Shown in pieces: positions 50,529 to 56,135 of a stretch of DNA of 56,135 nucleotides. Under the pieces are notes generated by a model. The model did no database searches. It was not told the origin of the DNA and saw nothing but the letters and a program-made list of their open reading frames with translations. Location: positions 1 to 56,135 of the forward strand of contig CAYZAD010000002.1 in the NCBI GenBank assembly GCA_964476315.1. Reading direction: 5' to 3'. A program made the translations under genes and the position numbers. Source of the stretch: an uncultured Rhodobacterales bacterium. Its GTDB lineage: Bacteria; Pseudomonadota; Alphaproteobacteria; Rhodobacterales; Rhodobacteraceae. Numbering within the stretch: position 1 is the stretch's first letter; the number at the start of each line of letters is the position of its first letter.

Positions 50529-51250
50529 TGGACAAGACCCCCAATGAAGCCTTGCGCATTCTTGTCAGCGCAGAAAGTGCCGCAGATGCGGGCGGGGCCT
50601 TGCAGCTTGCCACACTCATCGCGGCGCGTATCCCTGCGGTGCTCCGCGGTGTTCTGATGCTGCAGGATGAAAAGCGGGTCGCGCAGTTTCCATGTCGGCG
50701 CATTGTTACGGTCAGCGGCCAGCTTCTTGTTTCGCCTGACGCCGCGCAGGGGGAAAGGCTGGCCCAAAGCGAAGCGACCCTTTTTCAAGGCATGCTGGCG
50801 CGTTCGGCCAAGTCTGTCGATGCAAGCTGGTCTGCAGAGGTCAGGCATGGCCCGCTCGAGGCGCAGATCGGCGGGGAAGCTGACGCATGGGATATCACCA
50901 TTGTCGGGCACCGCCCGATGCACCGGCGCCGGGGGAGGGTGCTTGTCCTGTCCTCCGCGCAGAGCATGGAGCAGCCTCTTGTGTTGCTGGCGCGGCACCT
51001 TGCCGAACGGCTTGAAACGGTGGTCGAGGACCTGACGTCGTCGGCTTTGTCTTTGGAAGACCTGTCCACGGTTCTGGACCGGATCAATCGCGCGAATGCG
51101 CTGGCTGTCGTGATGGATGCAGAGACTGCAAGAGTGTCCCGGATTACAGAGTTTCTGATGATGGCACGATGCCCGGTCGTCATCCTGAACAGCAACAGCG
51201 CACGCATGCGTTTGCAGCATTTCGGTTTGACCGGTCCTGAAACGACGTAA
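50528..51250 (+). CDS. Hypothetical protein, USP-like
   Basis: TGATG coupling to the Lon gene; RILV...A..ALQLA..IAA N-terminus and ARCPVVIL C-terminus resemble the USP fold. Confidence 0.6.
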   Translation: MDKTPNEALRILVSAESAADAGGALQLATLIAARIPAVLRGVLMLQDEKRVAQFPCRRIVTVSGQLLVSPDAAQGERLAQSEATLFQGMLARSAKSVDASWSAEVRHGPLEAQIGGEADAWDITIVGHRPMHRRRGRVLVLSSAQSMEQPLVLLARHLAERLETVVEDLTSSALSLEDLSTVLDRINRANALAVVMDAETARVSRITEFLMMARCPVVILNSNSARMRLQHFGLTGPETT

Positions 51251-51305
51251 GTCCGATGCAAGCGGGCAGATGTCAGTGCACAGGCGTGGCAGAAGATCTG
51301 CGACC

Positions 51306-52538
51306 TTACTCTGCTGCGTTCATCGCCGTGTATTCCCGTCTCTCTTGGTAAAGGTAATCCCGGGTCAAAGGTACGGCATCGACCTTGCGGGACAGCTGAA
51401 ATTGAAAGACGGCTTGTCGATTATGCCGAAACGTCTGCTCGCAGGCGTTCAGGTAGAAACGCCACATGCGCACGAATTCCGCGTCATACAATGCCTTCAC
51501 CGTGTCCCGGTTGGCCTCGAAACGCTTACGCCAATGCTGAAGCGTGTAGGCGTAGTGCAGTCGCCAGCATTCCACATCAGCCGCCCAAAGCCCTGCTTTT
51601 TCAATCGCTGTCATCGCTTCGGACAGCGTGGGAATATAGCCACCGGGAAAAATGTATTTTGCAATCCAAGGGTTGGTTGCCTTGGGCGCGCCTGTCCAGC
51701 CGATGGTGTGCAAGACGGCGACGCCGTCAGGGTCCAGCAAATCGTGAAGTGTTGAAAAGAAGCGGTCGTAATGGGGCAGGCCCACATGTTCGAACATGCC
51801 AACCGACACGATCCTGTCATACGTCCCGTCGAGTTCGCGGTAATCGCACAGCCTGAATTCGACCAGATCGCCCAGACCGGATCGTTCGGCACGTTTTTGG
51901 GCCATCTCCAACTGTTCTGTCGAAAGCGTGATGCCAAGCACCCGAACGCCGTAGTGCTTTGCCATGTACAAGGCGAGGCCACCCCAGCCGCACCCGATGT
52001 CGAGAACGGTCATTCCCGGCTCCAGCAGCAGTTTGCGCGCGATATGTTCCTTTTTCTGATCCTGCGCCCGTTCGAGACTGTCATCCGGGCGCCGAAAATA
52101 GGCGCAGGAATACTGTCGATCCGCATCGAGGAACTGGTCGTACAATTGGCCAGACAGATCATAATGATGGGCCACGTTCCGTCGCGATCGGGCCAACGGG
52201 TTGAATTGCGCGATGCTGCGCAGGGCTGCGCGCAGGCGATGGGTCGGACGCATCCACCACGCCTTGGGAAGGGTCCGCATGTTTCGGATCACCAATTCCA
52301 GAAGGTCTTCGATCCGGTCGCCGGTCACGGTCAGACCGCCGCGCATATACGTTTCGCCAAGCGCCAATTCCGGGTTGAGCACCAGTGCGCGGACCGATGC
52401 GGTGTCATGGAGCCGGACGTCAACAGGATTGCCGTGGCTGTTGCCATATTCAAAAACGAGGCCGCTTGGCATCTCAAGGCGCAGGTGCCCGTCCGCAATC
52501 ATCAGGAAGAGCATTCGGTCCAGCAGTCGTTCCCACAT
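51306..52538 (-). CDS. cfa: Cyclopropane-fatty-acyl-phospholipid synthase family methyltransferase
   Basis: NVAHHYDLS, QYSCAYF, VLDIGCGWGG, IVSVGMFEHVG, YIFPGG, RMWRFYL. Confidence 0.94.
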   Translation of the reverse strand: MWERLLDRMLFLMIADGHLRLEMPSGLVFEYGNSHGNPVDVRLHDTASVRALVLNPELALGETYMRGGLTVTGDRIEDLLELVIRNMRTLPKAWWMRPTHRLRAALRSIAQFNPLARSRRNVAHHYDLSGQLYDQFLDADRQYSCAYFRRPDDSLERAQDQKKEHIARKLLLEPGMTVLDIGCGWGGLALYMAKHYGVRVLGITLSTEQLEMAQKRAERSGLGDLVEFRLCDYRELDGTYDRIVSVGMFEHVGLPHYDRFFSTLHDLLDPDGVAVLHTIGWTGAPKATNPWIAKYIFPGGYIPTLSEAMTAIEKAGLWAADVECWRLHYAYTLQHWRKRFEANRDTVKALYDAEFVRMWRFYLNACEQTFRHNRQAVFQFQLSRKVDAVPLTRDYLYQERREYTAMNAAE

Positions 52539-52611
52539 TGTTCACCGCCCTTGTCACGCGTGAATATTGCTTCGACGTGGCCTGACACTACCCAAAGGTG
52601 TCGGCAGAGCA

Positions 52612-52625
52612 TTGAGGAAAATCAA
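52612..52625. promoter_or_regulatory. FNR/FixK-type box (cfa side)
   Basis: TTGAG-GAAA-ATCAA. Confidence 0.65.
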
Positions 52626-52642
52626 TTGTGCCGCCCTCGTAT

Positions 52643-52656
52643 TTGATCGCAGTCAA
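52643..52656. promoter_or_regulatory. FNR/FixK-type box (kinase side)
   Basis: TTGAT-CGCA-GTCAA. Confidence 0.8.
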
Positions 52657-52706
52657 TCCCGCGCGGCGCGTTTTGCCCTATCCAGACGTCAAGCAACGAG
52701 GTTTTG

Positions 52707-54278
52707 ATGTCCGATCAGTCCGAAGTCATTGAGTTCCTGTCTTCCCCCTTGGCCTTTGAGAATGGCAGCACTGTCGACACCGTTGAGACCCATGGCGCCT
52801 TGGTGTTTCTGTGCGGCGACACGGCGCTCAAGCTGAAGCGCGCCGTCACATACGATTACATGGACCTGAGCACGATCGATCAGCGCCACAAGATGCTCCT
52901 GCGCGAGATCGCATTGAACGCGCCGCAGGCTCCGATGATCTATCGTGATGTGCTTGCCGTGACGAAAGACCCGTCGGGATACCGTTTGGGCGGTGACGGT
53001 CCGGTCGTCGACTGGGTCTTGCGCATGTGGCGGTTTCCGGAGGATTGCGAGTTTGAAAATATCGTATCGCGTGGTGCCTTGGACGATGCGCTGTCCTCCG
53101 CCACCGGGGACGCCATTGCTGCCTACCACGCGTCTGCGCCCGTGATCCGCCGAGAAGGCGATACGCTGGTCCGGGATATCATTGATGAATTGTCCCGCGT
53201 TTTTGCGGAATTCCCGGATGCTGCCGGAACCGAGGATGTAAAGCCCTGGCTGTCCGAGGTCGAACAGGCTTTCGCGCGGGTTTGCCCGGTTCTGGCGCAG
53301 CGTGGCCGCGACGGCCATGTCAAACGGGCGCATGGCGATCTGCACCTCAGAAATATCGTGCTGATCGACGGCAGTCCTGTCCTGTTCGATGCGCTTGAAT
53401 TCGACGAAGACCTGGGCACCTGCGATGTGCTTTACGACATTGCCTTTCTGGTCATGGACCTGTGTCACCGGGGATTGCGCCAGCAGGCGTGCCGCGTTCT
53501 TGATGCCTGGCTGAGCGAGGCACGGGGCAAGGAAGATGCCGGTCTTGTCGCGCTGCCACTTTTCCTGTCAATCCGCGCGGCCATCCGCGCCATGGTGCTC
53601 TTGCAGACCGATGCCGCGTTGCACGCGCCCGGTGCATCCCGGCAAAAGATCAAATCGTATCTTGGCCTTGCACGTGTTTCTCTCAGGACGGAAAAGCCGA
53701 GGCTGGTTGCGGTTGGCGGCTATTCCGGGACCGGAAAAAGCGCGTTCGCTGCGGCCCTTGCGCCTTCCCTGTTGCCGCTTCCGGGGGCGGTCGCTGTCTC
53801 TTCCGACGTGGAGCGAAAGGCGGGATTGCCCAAAAAGGCACGTTTGCCGTCCTCGGACTATGCGTCCAACCGACGTGACGCGGTTTACGCAGGCATGTTG
53901 GCCCGTGCCGAAGCTCTTTTGCATGCAGGACAGTCTGTTCTTCTGGATGCCACCTTCCTCTCTGCACACTGGCGTGACGAGGCGGAAAGGACCGCTGCGC
54001 GTGTCGGCGTTCCGTTCGACGGGGTCTGGTTGGAGGCCCCACAGGCGATCCTGGAAGACCGATTGCGCACACGTCCCAAGGGGGCTTCGGATGCGGGTCT
54101 TGATGTGCTTCGAGCCCAGATCGCCGCTCCGCTGGAAGACATGACGTGGCAGCGGCTTGATGCAGCGAAACCCGTGGCTGACATGGTGGCGGATGCGCGG
54201 GCACTACTGCGTGTGGATCACGGCGACACGCAGCAGCAGGATCAATCTGCGAACGCCCGGACAGGGTGTCGTGAATAG
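52707..54278 (+). CDS. Bifunctional aminoglycoside-phosphotransferase-like / AAA_33 P-loop kinase (Rv2004c-like)
   Basis: ETHGALVFL, KLKRAV, HGDLHLRNI, FDALEF, DIAFLVMDL; C-terminal GGYSGTGKS, LDATF, SDA. Confidence 0.9.
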   Translation: MSDQSEVIEFLSSPLAFENGSTVDTVETHGALVFLCGDTALKLKRAVTYDYMDLSTIDQRHKMLLREIALNAPQAPMIYRDVLAVTKDPSGYRLGGDGPVVDWVLRMWRFPEDCEFENIVSRGALDDALSSATGDAIAAYHASAPVIRREGDTLVRDIIDELSRVFAEFPDAAGTEDVKPWLSEVEQAFARVCPVLAQRGRDGHVKRAHGDLHLRNIVLIDGSPVLFDALEFDEDLGTCDVLYDIAFLVMDLCHRGLRQQACRVLDAWLSEARGKEDAGLVALPLFLSIRAAIRAMVLLQTDAALHAPGASRQKIKSYLGLARVSLRTEKPRLVAVGGYSGTGKSAFAAALAPSLLPLPGAVAVSSDVERKAGLPKKARLPSSDYASNRRDAVYAGMLARAEALLHAGQSVLLDATFLSAHWRDEAERTAARVGVPFDGVWLEAPQAILEDRLRTRPKGASDAGLDVLRAQIAAPLEDMTWQRLDAAKPVADMVADARALLRVDHGDTQQQDQSANARTGCRE

Positions 54279-54967
54279 ATATCCGGGTTGTCGCGAACCT
54301 GCCCGCCTGCATCGGGAAACCGCGTGTAGTACCGGATCAGGACGGGGATTGGGGGTGCGGGAACATCGTGTGTCACGCCACCATACGCCCGCGCCAGCAC
54401 GCTCTCCAGTGGCATGTCCAGCACCCAGGCAACCAGTCGATCCCATTGCTGCACCCGAATACACCCGTGTGACAGTGCGCGGTTGTCCTGTTCGAACAGG
54501 TCACGGCGGTTGGTGTCGTGAAGGTAAACCAGAAGTGGCGGTTCCAACCGAATTGCGGCCAAGCCCAGTGGATTGGTCTCTCCCGGGGGCCAGACGCGGT
54601 CGCGGTATTCTCCCGACGCGATCATCGATGGCGTGGGCCGCCATGTCGGGCGAAACCGGACAGTGGTCACATGTGTGTCGATCATGGGTGTCGGCGTGTT
54701 TGGCGTTCCGACAATGATCCTGCTGCGCAGGACGTCCGTTCCATCTTCGATCGCGACAAGTTCAAAGGCCGGGATGTTGACGAGAATGATCTTGCCACGG
54801 GCCGGCAAGGAAAGGTCGATCCCCAGATCGTCCAGTCTTTGCTGAAACGGTGTTTCAGCGCGCTCGGACGTGAGGGGCGTTTGTGTTGAACAGGCACCGG
54901 CCGTCAGAAACAGGATAAACAAGGCGATGCCACTCAAGAGTGCTGACGTATGACCAAGTCTTCTCAT
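54242..54967 (-). CDS. L,D-transpeptidase family lipoprotein
   Basis: Lipobox-like TAGAC; VNIPAFEL, IVG....TP, PPGETNPLG, VYLHDT, ALSHGCIRV. Confidence 0.9.
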   Translation of the reverse strand: MRRLGHTSALLSGIALFILFLTAGACSTQTPLTSERAETPFQQRLDDLGIDLSLPARGKIILVNIPAFELVAIEDGTDVLRSRIIVGTPNTPTPMIDTHVTTVRFRPTWRPTPSMIASGEYRDRVWPPGETNPLGLAAIRLEPPLLVYLHDTNRRDLFEQDNRALSHGCIRVQQWDRLVAWVLDMPLESVLARAYGGVTHDVPAPPIPVLIRYYTRFPDAGGQVRDNPDIYSRHPVRAFAD

Positions 54968-54999
54968 GCCCCTTCATCCCATGCCGCAGCCCGTTTGCC

Positions 55000-55013
55000 T
55001 TGACGTGTATCAA
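55000..55013. promoter_or_regulatory. FNR/FixK-type box upstream of the L,D-transpeptidase
   Basis: TTGAC-GTGT-ATCAA. Confidence 0.7.
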
Positions 55014-55091
55014 TCCTGTGCCGCCGGACGTGGCAGGGCCATCCACTGCCCATGCGTGCCACGCCATGAAAGTGAACATGCCCGGCCGGGC

Positions 55092-55517
55092 TTATAACCA
55101 AAGGTCGCGCAAGGTCTTTGGCATGGATCGCGCCACCTGCTCGAACTCCCCTTCAGAGGTTTTCCGGCGCAAGACATCGAACACCGCCGCAGCCGCACGC
55201 TCAGGATCTTCCAGCGGTGTGCTGGCAAAGGGTTTCGAGATCCGTTCAAGAAAATCCGCCTTGGACCGTGGCTTTGAAGGCGTTTGCGACGGCACCCATC
55301 CGTCAAAATAAATCCCGCGGACCAGAACCGGAAGTTGCGCCGAAAGGTCCGCCACCTCGTCCACGCTCAGGTAATCGCGCACAGCATGCAGGACTTCGCG
55401 CAGCAGCATATACGCCCGACCCTGATCTTCCCATTCAAGGTCTTCGCTAAGCAGATTGATCCATTCTGTGACCACTTGTGGCGAATGGCGGAGGGTCGAA
55501 AGGGCATGGGATGTCAT
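55092..55517 (-). CDS. DUF2267 family protein
   Basis: EWIN.L, AY.LLR.VLHAVRD.L, LSAQLP.LVRGIYFDGW, EGE.EQV...MP...RDLW. Confidence 0.85.
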   Translation of the reverse strand: MTSHALSTLRHSPQVVTEWINLLSEDLEWEDQGRAYMLLREVLHAVRDYLSVDEVADLSAQLPVLVRGIYFDGWVPSQTPSKPRSKADFLERISKPFASTPLEDPERAAAAVFDVLRRKTSEGEFEQVARSMPKTLRDLWL

Positions 55518-55573
55518 GATGTGCTCCGGCAGTTTTGATGACGGAACAGTGCCACAGATCGCAGCACAGAGGA

Positions 55574-55587
55574 TTGACACGGATTAA
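55574..55587. promoter_or_regulatory. FNR/FixK-type box upstream of the DUF2267 gene
   Basis: TTGAC-ACGG-ATTAA, flanked GA...TC. Confidence 0.6.
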
Positions 55588-55822
55588 TCGGACGCGGTTT
55601 TTGACAGGGTCTGGCGTGGGTTTTTCTGCGCGCGCCACCCCGCAAGGGTCACAGGTGACCAGACGCGCGGTCAAACAACCGAATTCCCTGCAATCGTGCA
55701 AAGGACACCTTGCATTTCGGGCGCTTGCAGTCTGCGCAAATCAGCACGCCGGTCAGAAATCATGCGACAGAAAGAGCATTAACCATTACGCTCGCACCAT
55801 ATTATGCCACGAGGATTTTGTT

Positions 55823-56135
55823 TTGACGCAGAAGGATCATCGCAGTCATCACCATAAACACGAAGCCCGTTGGAAGACGTTCAAGAAAAAAGAGTCCGGC
55901 CTTCCGTCTTACAAGTCAAAGCATCTGGACAAGCTGCAACAAAAGCTGAGCGGACGCGTGCAACTTGCCGGGGCACCGGGATACAATGATGACCGCATGG
56001 TTTTCATGCACACCTACCAGCAATACCCGCAGGTCATCGTGTATTGCGAATGCGAGACCGATGTGGTCGCCGCGCTGAAGTTTGCACGCAAGTCAAAACT
56101 GCAGGTGACATGCCGTTCGGGGGGCCATTGCACCG
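55823..56135 (+). CDS. FAD-binding oxidoreductase, BBE/VAO family (5' partial; runs off the window)
   Basis: Not in the ORF track; GAGGA RBS then TTG; translates MTQKDHRSHHHKHE...GYNDDR..YPQVIVYCECETDVVAALKFARK..LQVTCRSGGHC (covalent-FAD RSGGH motif). Confidence 0.85.
   Translation, partial: MTQKDHRSHHHKHEARWKTFKKKESGLPSYKSKHLDKLQQKLSGRVQLAGAPGYNDDRMVFMHTYQQYPQVIVYCECETDVVAALKFARKSKLQVTCRSGGHCT

Noticed and set aside
52707-54278. Aminoglycoside resistance gene
   Set aside because: The APH-like fold fused to an AAA_33 kinase is a widespread stress-associated family; nothing here supports a resistance function
1-56135. CRISPR arrays, tRNA/rRNA genes, transposases, integrases
   Set aside because: No regularly spaced direct repeats, RNA-gene signatures or DDE/tyrosine-recombinase motifs were recognised by eye

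Overview
About 56 kb of GC-rich DNA that looks alphaproteobacterial (Rhodobacteraceae/roseobacter-like by gene content; inference). It has four blocks. (1) 0.5-8.7 kb: a sugar/aldonate catabolic cluster (pentose/hexose ABC transporter, SDR dehydrogenase, a galactonate-dehydratase-like gene split by a +1 homopolymer frameshift, a FadR/GntR regulator, a KDG-type kinase). (2) 8.9-10.7 kb: a compact four-gene cassette encoding a stand-alone PqqD/RRE protein, a LicD-family phosphotransferase, a twin-arginine/YxxP-leader peptide with a Ser/Gly-rich repetitive core, and a cytidylyltransferase. This is the best candidate for an undescribed system: an RRE-guided peptide modification that adds phospho-alcohol groups from a CDP donor. 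(3) 11.4-22 kb: surface-glycan genes (a two-domain glycosyltransferase, a 1542-aa GT/polysaccharide-lyase/TPR/GT2 fusion, and a beta-helix protein with 24 RTX repeats). (4) 22.6-55.6 kb: a low-oxygen island. Nearly every transcription unit has an FNR/FixK-type TTGAy-N4-rTCAA box (13 found by eye), and a SqrR-type ATTC-N8-GAAT box sits over the persulfide module. This block encodes a persulfide dioxygenase, rhodanese, SulP, USP, a nucleoside ABC transporter, PfkB, PpsA, SLC13, MacAB-like efflux, HhH and aeRF1-like proteins, an acsA-E1(alpha-beta fused)-E2-ACP operon, a LonC-type protease, Cfa, an APH/AAA kinase, an L,D-transpeptidase and DUF2267. No rRNA, tRNA, CRISPR array or transposase was recognised. 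All assignments come from motif recognition by eye; no database search was run.
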